In this document: positions 11,115 through 20,586 of the stretch, in pieces | Position numbering within the stretch: position 1 is the stretch's first letter | Layout: each line of letters begins with the position of its first letter | NCBI GenBank assembly: GCA_963707985.1 | Contig: CAVPRW010000010.1 | Span: forward strand, 224,001 to 288,000 | Direction of reading: 5' to 3' | DNA: 64,000 bases | Origin: an uncultured Nitrospinota bacterium | GTDB taxonomy: Bacteria > Tectomicrobia > Entotheonellia > J063 > CAVPRW01 | Program-made: the position numbers and the translations under genes | The notes under the pieces: model-generated | Database searches by the model: none | Told to the model about the DNA's origin: nothing | What the model saw: only the letters and a program-made list of their open reading frames with translations

Positions 11115-13180
11115 TGCAACTTTCAGAATTATCTGGGCTCTTGCGCACTTTTGGTGACGTTGGGAGAGGGCACGGTACACAATACGCGAGGCCCAGGAGG
11201 TCAGCGGTGCCATCAGACGATTAGGCGATCATCTGCCTCTCCTGAGCCGCTCCCGCAGACGTCCCGAGGACGTCCACCGAGGACGTCAGGCGTGGTATCC
11301 CGCCATGCCCCGCTCGACGCTGTGAGCTAGGCGGCCACTCTCCCTGATTGGGCAAGGCCTCCTGCTCACGCGCTGGCGCGCGTACGAAGCGGCGGCTCAG
11401 GAGATCGAGGCGCGCGCGGCCAAACATCTGGCGCTTGAGCATTTTGAGGCGATTGATGTGTCCCTCCACGGGGCCCGTACTCCAGGGGAGGGTCACACCG
11501 GCTTTGACGGCGTCGTAGTCCTCGTAGAGCCCTGTGGCAAAGCGTCGCAAGGCCTCCAGCGTACTGGTGGTCGCGCGCTTCAGCCAGGGATCGAGCTGCG
11601 TCGGCTGCCGCTGGCGCACCAGGGTGGCAAAGTCCTGCGCGAGGTCGATCGCCTCGGCCACCTCGGCATGCTGCGCGCGCAACTGGGCGAGCTGCTGGGC
11701 CTCGGCTTCCGTGCGCTGCTCCTCGCGCCGGAGCACCAGCCAGGTCGCCCGGCGCGGCGTCAGGGGCTGGTACGCGGGACTCGGCCACGACCGGCAGCGG
11801 CTGCCGCGCGCGGCGTTGCCCGGGGGCCAGGCCCTGGGCCTGACGTAGGCGGCGGGCATAGGCGGCGACCAGGCCATAGCTCCCGGCGTAGCCCCGCTGA
11901 CGGAGCTCGCGAAACAGCCGCATGGCGGTATGGCAGCCGGCATTCCAGCGCTCCAGGAGAGAGGCTTTATAGGGATTGAGCACACTCTGCCCGCAGGTCA
12001 CTCCGCCGTTTGCGCCCAGGAAAGGTGGCAGTCTGGAGATCGCGCTGCACGGTGCGCAGACTCATCCCGACCTGCTGCGCAATGGCGGGGCCGGTCCAGC
12101 CCTGGCGGTGCAAGGCCCAGACCTGCTCATACAGGGCCTGCCGGCGTGCCTGGCGCTGGGCCGCGCGCTGCTGGGCGGCGCGGGGCGTGTCGTGGGGGTG
12201 GCACGGGCACCGCGACCGTCCCATCGGGCAGCGGCACGGGCTGCTGGCGCACCGCGGCATTGACGGCGTCGAGGGCGTGGCCATGCGTGGTGAACACCTG
12301 GTCCAGGGCTTCCGCCGAGATTCTGCAGCAGATGAAAGCGGTCCGCGACCTGGGTGGCCGCGGGGGCCCCTTGCCGTGCGCCGTCGGCATAGGCTTTCGA
12401 CCGATCCCGGGCGATCACCTCCACCCCAGGATGCTCCCGGAGCCACTGGGCCAGGGTCTCGGCGGTGCGATCCGGGAGGAGCGCCACGGGCTGGCGGCGC
12501 TCCAGATCGATCAGGACCGTGCCATAGGTCTGGCGTTTCCGCAGGGCGAAATCGTCCACGCCGAGGACGGTGGGGGTGGCGCAGGACGGGAGCGGCAGCC
12601 GGCGGAGCACGCGCAGCAGGGTGCGACGGCTGACGGCCACGCCCAGGCCACGGCTGAGCCGGCGCCCGCGGCCCCACCCAGGGCCACGGCGATGTGCGCC
12701 AGCCATTGCAGGAGCCGCTCCGTCCGCCGGGCCCAGGGGGCCACCACCCCGGGCAGCCGCTCGGTAAAGATGCGGCGTGGACAGCGCCCATTGGCGCAGA
12801 AAAACTTCCGGACGCTGCAGCTGCAAGACCACGCGCTACTGGGCCCACGGGAGGTCGGCCACGGTGCGCGCATAGCGACTATGGATGCGCCGCGTGGGAA
12901 ACCGGCACACGGGACAGTGCACCAGCGTCTGCGTGGACTGCACGCGCAGGGTCAGCTGCGCGGTGGTGGTGTCGAGGTGCCACGTCTCCAGGTGCAGCAG
13001 GGGCGCCTGAGGGAGCAAGTCAGACAAGAGTTCCATACGCCTCTCGGTATGCAAAAGAGTTGATTCATATGCTGTAGCCCGTATCCTTCCCTACAGTATA
13101 CCTGAGGACGAGAGGCGGGGGGAGCGATGGAAACGCATCACCAAAAGTGCCCAAGAGCCCAGATAATTCCGAAAGTTACA
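11115..13180 (-). mobile_element. ISL3-family element with extended (~45 bp) terminal inverted repeats
   Basis: IRs TGCAACTTTCAGAATTATCTGGGCTCTTGCGCACTTTTGGTGA and its reverse complement ending GTTACA; direct repeat CCTGGC at 11109-11114 and 13181-13186. Confidence 0.88.
11221..13036 (-). pseudogene. ISL3 transposase, split by several frameshifts
   Basis: [56 protein letters not shown] spread across frames. Confidence 0.88.
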
Positions 13181-13282
13181 CCTGGCTGCAACGCCAGGGC
13201 TTGATATCCGTGCGTGATCTGTGGCTTCAAGCGCATGGCTATGCCTGAAATTGCGTGTGCTCCACTGTCGTGAACCGCATAG

Positions 13283-14788
13283 TACTACAGTGGTAACAAT
13301 ATCTTGAAGATGCTATCTTGGTTCCGGACGCATCGATGGAGGCCGGAACCATGCGACAGATCGATGACACCCATGAGCGATTCCTATCGACCCCGACGGA
13401 TGCGACGGCCAGCACCATCGCCGGCGGGCGAGCCTACCTGGCAGATGTGGCGCGACGGCTGGCGCCCTATGTCGCGCGCTCGCAGTCCCGCGACCGGGTC
13501 CTGGCCTCTCTGCGCGGCTGGCGCAGGGAGGCCGAGCGCACGCACAGCTGGCCAGTGGCAGCAGTCTGCAGCGAGCCGACGCCCTCTGGCTTCGAGTACG
13601 TGCTGAGCCGCGCCGATGGGGACGCCGACGCCGTCCGCGACGAGCGGCGCACGTATCGCATGCAACATCTGGGGGATCCCAACGGCGTGCTGGTCCTCGA
13701 CGAAACCGGGTTTCTCAAAAAAGGCCAGCACTCGGCTGGCGTGGCCCGCCAGTACAGCGGAACGGCGGGCAAGGTGGACAACTGCCACATCGGCGTCTTT
13801 CTGAGCTATGCCAGCCCGCTGGGCCAGGTTCTGCTGGATCGGGAACTCTATCTGCCTCAGGAATGGACGGACGATCGGGAGCGCTGTCGGCAGGCCGGCA
13901 TTCCGGAGGACCGGGGCTTTGCGACCAAACCGCAGTTGGCCCAGCAGATGCTGGCCCGCGCCTTGGCGGCTGGCGTGCCGGCATCATGGGTCACCGGGGA
14001 CCGCGTGTACGGGGATCATCGCCCGCTGCGGCGGTGGCTGGAGGCCCAACCACGGGCCGCTGTCCTGGCGGTCTCGGGCCAGGCATAGGTGGGGCTCGGC
14101 GCGCAGCCGCGCCAGGTGAAAGCCCTCCTGGCCCGCTGGCCCGCGGCGGGGTGGACCCGGTGCAGTGCGGGCGACGGGGCCACAGGCCCGCGGGGGGATG
14201 CCTGGCGCTGGCTGCCCCTGGCCGAGCCGCTGGAACCCGGCTGGCACCGCTGGCGGCTGGTCCGGCGGCGTCTCAGGGCCCCCCTGGAGTTGACCGCCTC
14301 TGGGGTGTGTGCCCCACCCGCGACGCCCCTGCAGGAGGTGGTGCGGGTGGCGGGGAGCCGCTGGACCGTCGAGAGCGGCTTCGAGGCGGCCACGGGCGAC
14401 GTGGGTCTGGATCAGTATGCAGTGCGGAGCGGGACGGCCTGGGACTCGGCCGATCACCCTCGCGATGTGGGCGTTGGCCCTGCTGATCGTCAGGCGCGCA
14501 GGGACGATCGCCGTCGAGGCGTGAACCAAAAGTCTGCCACTGCCCCAGGGGGCGAGCCCACTGGCGGCGTGCAAGGCCCGGCGTGGCCTCGCCTCCCGTT
14601 GAGCGTGCCCGAGCGGCGGCGGCTGTTGTGACGGTGAGGGCTGGTCGTGCCCCACACGGTCCGCCACATCCTGGCCTGGTCGCCGTGGCGTCGGCGGCAC
14701 CAGCGTGTCGCCCAATATGACCATGATAAGCGTCGAGAGGAACTCGTAGGGGCCGTGGCGGCATCATCACCTTGTTACCACTGTAGTA
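13283..14788 (+). mobile_element. IS701-family element (degenerate transposase) inserted in intron domain V
   Basis: IRs TACTACAGTGGTAACAA / TTGTTACCACTGTAGTA, flanked by ATAG/CTAG; DETGFLKKGQHSAGVARQYSGTAGK; internal stop at 14088. Confidence 0.9.
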
Positions 14789-14806
14789 CTAGTGCGGACC
14801 CGCATG

Positions 14807-15127
14807 CTAGGTGGTGTGGGGAGGGCGGGATAAACACCCGCCCTTACCCGATTCGGCATCCCTTTCGACGAGGCGACCGGCCGCATACTTGTGCAGGATG
14901 CTGGCCAGTAAGGTCTGATACGGGAGGCCCTCCTCGAGCGCTCGCTTCTGCAGGGCCTCAAGATCTTTGCTTGAAATTCTGATATTCACCCGTCGGTCTT
15001 TCTTGAAGGTCGTGCGAGCATAATCACGATAGCGCTCAAACGCTTCGTTTCGGCCTTCGATGGACTGCCATTCTCCGCGTTCAAAGGAGTCGAGCAGGTC
15101 CTGCTCTTCGGGATCGAGCCTAGCCAT
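14807..15127 (-). CDS. CopG/BrnA-like antitoxin
   Basis: RVNIRISSKDLEALQKRALEEGLPYQTLLASILHKY (ribbon-helix-helix); overlaps the toxin stop. Confidence 0.85.
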   Translation of the reverse strand: MARLDPEEQDLLDSFERGEWQSIEGRNEAFERYRDYARTTFKKDRRVNIRISSKDLEALQKRALEEGLPYQTLLASILHKYAAGRLVERDAESGKGGCLSRPPHTT

Positions 15128-15407
15128 CTTCCCGCCTCCGCCTAAGGTATCGGTTGGTCGCCTTGCGACTGGGAATGATCGTTTTCAAGAACACCTCGCC
15201 TTCGCCCTCCACAAAAGGCACAAGATAAGCGTAGTCGTCGATGTTGACGACAAAGATCCGCTGCCCGGCATACCGCGCCTGGTTCGGATGCTGCAGGATA
15301 TCAAGTAAGTCGCCGCGTTCGATGTGAAAGACCACCGCCTCAAACCCCACCCCGCGGTCTTGCTTGAGGCGCTCGTTCTTCTCGGGGTTCCACGCGAAGT
15401 ATTTCAT
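15120..15407 (-). CDS. BrnT-family toxin
   Basis: FAWNPEKNERLKQDRGVGFE...FLKTIIPSRKAT. Confidence 0.85.
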   Translation of the reverse strand: MKYFAWNPEKNERLKQDRGVGFEAVVFHIERGDLLDILQHPNQARYAGQRIFVVNIDDYAYLVPFVEGEGEVFLKTIIPSRKATNRYLRRRREDG

Positions 15408-15413
15408 GCTGCG

Positions 15414-15442
15414 AGGGTACCACGGTGTGTGCTTTTTGGCAA
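15414..15442 (-). promoter_or_regulatory. putative sigma70 promoter of the BrnT-like TA cassette
   Basis: TTGCCA-17 nt-TACCCT on the minus strand, ending 6 nt before the ATG (possibly leaderless). Confidence 0.5.
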
Positions 15443-15483
15443 CAAAGAGGAGGAGCAATGCTAAAATCAAGCAGGCTGAGGAT

Positions 15484-15559
15484 GCCGAACGAACGCTGAG
15501 GATAACCTGCTGGTATGGAGCGCAGCGGAATACCAGTCAGGTTCATCCTGTTGTTAGGC
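15484..15559 (-). other. attC site
   Basis: GCCGAAC...GTTAGGC with AGGATAACCTG/CAGGTTCATCCT arms. Confidence 0.85.
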
Positions 15560-15644
15560 ATGGTATCCACATGCCATTGCCGATGAGTGCCCCCAACTGC
15601 CTCGACACATGGCACCTGGAGTCGCTGCTGGGCGCCACCCGCAT

Positions 15645-15863
15645 TCATCCGGCTTGATAAATGACTGGACGATATCTGGGCTCTGGGATAGGTCTCCCAC
15701 TGGCGTGGGCAGCCTCCAGCCATGCCTGCTTGGCTCTCAGGACCTCCTGCAAGGCCTCTTCTGGTGTTTCGCCAAACGCTGAGCAGGATTGGAGGTCAGG
15801 GATGTCCGCAATGTACCCTTCGTCGTCTTCACTGTAAAACACGTTGATATGATAATCCTTCAT
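15645..15863 (-). CDS. hicB: HicB-family antitoxin
   Basis: YIADIPDLQSCSAFGETPEEAL...GRPIPEP. Confidence 0.88.
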   Translation of the reverse strand: MKDYHINVFYSEDDEGYIADIPDLQSCSAFGETPEEALQEVLRAKQAWLEAAHASGRPIPEPRYRPVIYQAG

Positions 15864-16123
15864 GTGCCACCCTCCATGGGCAGATTATAGCGTTCAATAA
15901 GGCGGAGGAGTTGCTTGATCTGATACGGCTTTGCTTGCCCGTTCACATTCTGGAGATTGAGCAATTCGGGAATATTCGCATGGACATAGATGTGATGACT
16001 GCCATGAATCCGGGAGAGCCGAAATCCGAACGCTTCCGCACATGCCACGGCTTCTGTAAAACGGATGTTTTTGGAACCGGACAGGAGTTTTTGGAGTAAC
16101 CGACGTCTTCTCTGCTCTGCCAT
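15860..16123 (-). CDS. hicA: HicA-family toxin
   Basis: GFRLSRIHGSHHIY...AKPYQIKQ; ATGA overlap with hicB. Confidence 0.88.
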   Translation of the reverse strand: MAEQRRRRLLQKLLSGSKNIRFTEAVACAEAFGFRLSRIHGSHHIYVHANIPELLNLQNVNGQAKPYQIKQLLRLIERYNLPMEGGT

Positions 16124-16195
16124 CGGTCTGTTTCTTTCGTGTCATACGGAAGCCTGAGCTTGCTGCATTTGCCTATGGACCCTTTTTCTTGCGAA

Positions 16196-16381
16196 GCCTA
16201 ACGCCAGCACAAGCCGCATGGCGGACGCGACCTGTGAAGCAGGACACCATAGCCATGTCGGCTTATAACGGTTCCCAGTCGTATGAGCTACGACCTCTTC
16301 TGAGGGGAGTGGTACCTCAAGACCCTTGGGGCCTTAGCGTTGTTCATCTAAGTGGGAACCGCTATAATGCAATGGTTAGGC
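16196..16381 (-). other. attC site interrupted by a MITE
   Basis: GCCTAAC-GCCAGCACAAGCCG ... CGGCT[insert]ATGCAATG-GTTAGGC. Confidence 0.75.
16264..16366. mobile_element. ~100-bp MITE with TA-flanked inverted ends (IS630/Tc1-like)
   Basis: TATAACGGTTCCCA ... TGGGAACCGCTATA; removing it restores the attC arm. Confidence 0.65.
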
Positions 16382-16392
16382 GACCTAGGCAA

Positions 16393-17538
16393 CTACCGCT
16401 TCTTGGCGCTCGGCCAATGTTCTACCGACGGCACGGGCTGTGCTCTAAGCTGCAGTCCCGTCTTGGCATTGATATGCTCAATCCACCCAGCCTGGAAGTC
16501 CACGATGTCGCCCTCCCTTGGGGGCACCATTGGAGAGTCGTAGTCAGCATAGGATCGTGTCTCAATGGTCTGCATGAATCCGAACTTCAATCCGACACGG
16601 AGCCCCTGGTCAGCGACGACGAATTTCTGCCTAATACTGCCGTCTTCGTGTCCATACATTGGACCGTGGTGCAACTCGGGATCGATACTAGGTTTATTCT
16701 GCTTTCGGAATGCGATAAGCCTATCCAGCTCCTCATCGGTCATATGATCAGGATGATAGTACAGGCACTGGTTCGCGCTGGCCGCCTGCAAAGCGTTGAT
16801 GACCTGAACATCGTAGCCACTGGCCAGAACGACGCGCGACTGGGGGCTACCACACGTATAGGTTTGCGGATCATACATGACGATACAAACGCGGGGGGAG
16901 ACTGGCATGATGAGTTGGATGCCCTTTACTAGGAGGCCCCCTGCCCCATAACAGTGCGATAGCCTCGGGTGATGCTCGACAAACTGGTTGGAGATCGCGA
17001 CCGGATGATCGGAGATCACAAACCCGACCTTTCTGTCGTGGAGCAGAAACTTCACCGGAAGGTCGGCAATGGTGCCTGCTGCGACTGCTGCTGACGCCAA
17101 AGCGAAAAGCTGAGGGTCCTTCGGGCGGATCCGCACCGAGCGCAAGTCAATGCCGGCAGCTACTGCTCTTGGCTGCAAGAGCTCCTTGAGTACCGCTTCA
17201 GCCATTCGCTCAATACCAGTGGCTGCCCTCAGCGTTCGCCTGTGCTGAAACAGAACATAGAGCCTGAGGTGAATTATCTCCACATCAGAGATGGATTGGA
17301 GCCGAGCGGCGCTCAGATCGCCGAGGGTATCCGCGAATTTTCCTTCGGCGTCGCTGAAGGCCTTCTCCATCACGAGGTCTTTACCATAGAAATAGTCTCG
17401 GCAGCACTGCTCTCGAATTCCGACATCGCGCCTCCTCTTACCCGTATCCAAGATCACCATACTCGTCCGCTTACCATCCCTGGAGAACTTACCCATCTGC
17501 ATTTGAGATACATAATGCTGTCGCTTGTTTTCGGCCAC
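16393..17538 (-). CDS. DUF4238-like protein, cassette gene
   Basis: N-terminal KRQHYVSQ, DYFYG, FVISDHPV, MPVSPRVCI. Confidence 0.75.
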   Translation of the reverse strand: MAENKRQHYVSQMQMGKFSRDGKRTSMVILDTGKRRRDVGIREQCCRDYFYGKDLVMEKAFSDAEGKFADTLGDLSAARLQSISDVEIIHLRLYVLFQHRRTLRAATGIERMAEAVLKELLQPRAVAAGIDLRSVRIRPKDPQLFALASAAVAAGTIADLPVKFLLHDRKVGFVISDHPVAISNQFVEHHPRLSHCYGAGGLLVKGIQLIMPVSPRVCIVMYDPQTYTCGSPQSRVVLASGYDVQVINALQAASANQCLYYHPDHMTDEELDRLIAFRKQNKPSIDPELHHGPMYGHEDGSIRQKFVVADQGLRVGLKFGFMQTIETRSYADYDSPMVPPREGDIVDFQAGWIEHINAKTGLQLRAQPVPSVEHWPSAKKR

Positions 17539-17621
17539 TTTCTTGCTCCGTCACTGAAGTTTTGATCAGGTCTCGAGTTCTATATGCTTATGCTCCAGGA
17601 TGCTCCAAATCCTTTCATACA

Positions 17622-17693
17622 GCCTAACCCGTCGGTGAGCAGACCCGCAAAAAGCTGTGCTTTTTGCGGGTCTGCTCGACCGACGGGTTAGGC
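17622..17693 (-). other. attC site
   Basis: GCCTAACCCGTCGGTGAGCAGACCCGCAAAAAGC / GCTTTTTGCGGGTCTGCTCGACCGACGGGTTAGGC, a near-perfect hairpin. Confidence 0.9.
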
Positions 17694-19824
17694 ATCACAC
17701 CGGCCAACAAGTGGAAGAACTTGATCCATAGCCAAAACCCTGAAGCCATCTAGATAGTGATGCCAGGTTGACCTATTTGCGAGCGCGTCGGCCCTGAGTT
17801 CGTCGGAGATTTTCAGATAGGAGGGGTCAACCCATGCGAAGATACTTTCGCTGACGAAGTACTTGGACACCAGTTCGAAGTGCTCATTCTTCCTGACGCC
17901 GAGATACAGCGGCGTCTTGGTGTGCAGTGATTCCGCAAGACTGTTATAGGAGACGATGTGGAAGTCATCATTCTCGCGCGAACGGATCAAGCCTGTGCGT
18001 ATTTCGTTGCCTTCAAATTCAGACCGACGGCCATGCACCAAGACGTATTTGACATGGCAGGGATTTCGCCGCAATGACTCGGGAACTCGTATGGGTGCGA
18101 TGGTGCCATCTGTGAAACCCAAAGCGTTGGACGGGTTGTCAAACCACGCGCGCCATCTGGCAATCTGGTCTAGCCCTGCGTGGAAGTCTGGATGTAGGTC
18201 ATTGGAGCCGTCTTTGAAGTACCGTGACTGAGGCTTCTCGATTTCGACTAGGACGAGATGCCAATCTGCGGAACTCTTCGCCATGTAGAAGAAGTCCGGT
18301 GAATAGTCTTTTGCAAGCGACAGCTTTCGGAACACCAAGTCGAAATGCACGCCGTGATTCTGTATGAATTCTCGCGGGATCAGGCTCGTGTTCTCTTCAA
18401 GGAAGTGCTGATACCGCTGTTCGGGATGCTCTCCATCCAACAACGCGAAGAACTCCCTTCTTAGGAGCCGTCTGGAAATAAATTTTACATTAATGCATTA
18501 GCTCCCCGTCTTGCTCTGGGACGCTTATGAGGAAGGATCGTGTAGTTCCACTCGCCGTGGAAGTCGGATCGCTCAAGGCGCATGGCCTCCATCTCGACAG
18601 CGCTCACCTTGAGGCCAATCGGATATTGCCCAGCATCGAGGGCCGCCTGGATGCGCAGCCCCGTGGAAGAGCGAGGACTGCCAATGAGGCTGACGATCAC
18701 CTCGCGGCTCAGCAGGGGCTGTCCACGCCAGTTCGCGGTGATGTAGCAAAACATGCGATGTTCGATCTTGTTCCATGTGCTCGTGCCAGGCGGCCGATGG
18801 CTGACCGCCATACGCAGCCCCGTCTCATCGGCGAGCCGCTGCAGCTCGGCCTTCCATAGCCGCGCCCGGGCACTGTTGCTGCCGCCACCATCTGCCGTGA
18901 TGAGCAGCTCCTTGGCCCGCGGATACATGGCCGAACCCATCTGGCGCCACCACGCCCGGATCGTCGCTACTGCGAACGCAGCGGTGTCATGGGCCACGCC
19001 CACGCTGACCCACCCGAGGTTGGCGCCGACGTCGTAGACGCCGTCGGGGATGGCCTTGCCTCGCTCCCCATCGACGAAGTCATACACGCGGACCTCAGGA
19101 GGATGCCCCGTGGGGTGCCACTCACGGCCAGCATTCTTGAAGTCTCCGAGGAGTTCCTTCTTCTTGGCATCGACAGAAATGACCGGCTGGCCGCGGCGCT
19201 GAAAGTCCTGCACCCGGACGTTGAGATGCTCGAATTGCGCGTGGCGGTCCGGGTGATGGCCCCCCTCGCGGGTCTTGCGCGCTCCCTGTAAGCTGTAGTC
19301 CGCCGCATGGAGCAACTCGCTCACGAGCTGGGGGCTGACCTGGTGCCCCTGCGTTTTGAGCTCGGCCGCGAGCTTGCGGACACTCTTGCACGTCCAGCGC
19401 AGCGGTGATGGCGGGTCGCCTCGGGTCGTGGGCTCGACCAAGGCTTCCAACGCGTGAAGCAGCGTTGGGTCGTGCCTGGTGCGCTTCTTGCGCCCGCCCC
19501 CAGGCCGTCGGACCCGCTCGTCACGCCCCCGAGGCGTCGCCACGGTGCCGGTGTGGATCTCCTCAATGCCAGCGTAGATCGTCGGGCGTGACAGTCCTGT
19601 CGCTCGCGCGGCGGCACTGATACCACCGCGCCCCAGCGCGAGCGCTTCGGTCGCGGCCCAGAGCCGTCGCGCGTGCTCGTTTAGCACCGGGCTCAGCGTC
19701 TTGAACTTCTCCGTCAATGCAGTGTATTCTCGCATGTGGCTTAGTCTAACCCTGGAAAACCATTTGTAAAGGTTATTTCCAGACAGCTACTTAGTGCCTC
19801 GATGTCGTCGCCGCATAGTGCCAC
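17688..19824 (-). pseudogene. Shedu (SduA/DUF4263)-like nuclease gene, interrupted near its 5' end by ISAzo13
   Basis: EQRYQHFLEEN, PDF, VEIEKP, GLDQIARW, VHGRR. Removing the IS joins GTG (19824, with GGAG RBS) ALCGDDIEALRREFFALLDGE in frame. Confidence 0.75.
18464..19790 (-). mobile_element. ISAzo13-family element (transposase 18485-19735)
   Basis: IRs GGAGCCGTCTGGAAATAA / TTATTTCCAGACAGCTAC; 3-bp TTA duplication; SVDAKKKE, ITADGGGSN, WNKIEHRMF. Confidence 0.92.
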
Positions 19825-19838
19825 GGGTGTCTCCCGAT

Positions 19839-19950
19839 GCCGAACGCGCAGGGTTCAGCGGCGGGGGCAGAACCACCACCGAGCTATGACTGGCCTACTA
19901 AGCCGCAAACCGCCGCTGTCCCCCCCGTCCGCTGGAACCCTTTGTTAGAC
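19839..19950 (-). other. attC site
   Basis: GCCGAAC-GCGCAGGGTTCAGCGG ... CCGCTGGAACCCTTT-GTTAGAC. Confidence 0.85.
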
Positions 19951-19960
19951 CGCCGTGCGT

Positions 19961-20197
19961 CTACTTACGCATGTCTTTCGGGTATTGCGTAGGGTCAAAG
20001 CGGATCTTTCCATCTTTGCCCATGCGCCACGGATTGCTCAGTTCACACACGTGAGGAAAGATTTCGGCATCTAGCACTTGTTGAAGGACCACCCTCATTG
20101 TTCTCCGATACCTCCGGTGCGCCAATTGCTTGTCCTTTTTCTCGGACTCGGCTGTCGTGATGCCCCGGATCGGCGTCTTCCGTTTAGAACGTGCCAT
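19961..20197 (-). CDS. small basic hypothetical protein
   Basis: MARSKRKTPIRGITTAESEKKDKQLAHRR; ends just before the attC. Confidence 0.65.
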   Translation of the reverse strand: MARSKRKTPIRGITTAESEKKDKQLAHRRYRRTMRVVLQQVLDAEIFPHVCELSNPWRMGKDGKIRFDPTQYPKDMRK

Positions 20198-20459
20198 GCG
20201 ATAGCCTTTCGAACCAGTATTGATGCATCTCGGCGAGAAAGAGAGGTGAAATCGGAAAACCTGACGCGTCGCCGAGTACCGAATCAATCATACACTCAGG
20301 GCAGAGGGCCGTGCGTTCGTTTTCCAGGAAGCGAGTGACCTCGGTCGCTGGAAATACTGACGTGCAGTAGAAGCACCCGGCGACCTTGCTCTGACGTAAT
20401 TCGGTCTCGTTTGCCGTGCAGTGCCGGTGTGCTACCTCCAACCTATTGTTGATGGACAT
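20184..20459 (-). CDS. small Cys-rich putative Zn-binding protein
   Basis: GCFYC...ALCPECMIDSVLGD; GAGG RBS after the attC. Confidence 0.75.
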   Translation of the reverse strand: MSINNRLEVAHRHCTANETELRQSKVAGCFYCTSVFPATEVTRFLENERTALCPECMIDSVLGDASGFPISPLFLAEMHQYWFERLSHGTF

Positions 20460-20477
20460 GTCACACGTACCTCAGCG

Positions 20478-20565
20478 GTCTAACGCCAGGTTTCAGCCGC
20501 GCCCGGAAGCCGAAGCGAGGAACGAGCGTAGGCTGTAGGGCGTCGGCTGCAAACCCTTGTTCGGC
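20478..20565 (-). other. attC site
   Basis: GTCTAAC-GCCAGGTTTCAGCCG ... CGGCTGCAAACCCTT-GTTCGGC. Confidence 0.88.
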
Positions 20566-20586
20566 GGTGCTACTGTCGACCCAGCA

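Larger units (their letters stand above)
9838..13248 (+). pseudogene. ltrA: group IIC intron RT, with frameshift and stop, interrupted by the ISL3 element
   Basis: IPKPGGRGERQLGIP, QGSPLSP, YADD (in the second frame); C-terminus WLQRQGLISVRDLW resumes after 13180. Confidence 0.85.
9339..14852 (+). mobile_element. group IIC-attC intron, degenerate, carrying nested ISL3 and IS701
   Basis: Starts GTACGCCCGACATGGG (variant of the IIC GTGCGCCCGGCATGGG); domain V GAACCGC...GCGGACCCGCATGC...GTGGTGTG; ends ...TACCCGAT; oriented opposite to the cassettes. Confidence 0.9.

Noticed and set aside
5518..11120. Two RTs as a DGR, retron or defence RT system
   Set aside because: Both sit inside recognisable group II intron boundaries with domains V/VI; no TR/VR pair or msr-msd was seen.
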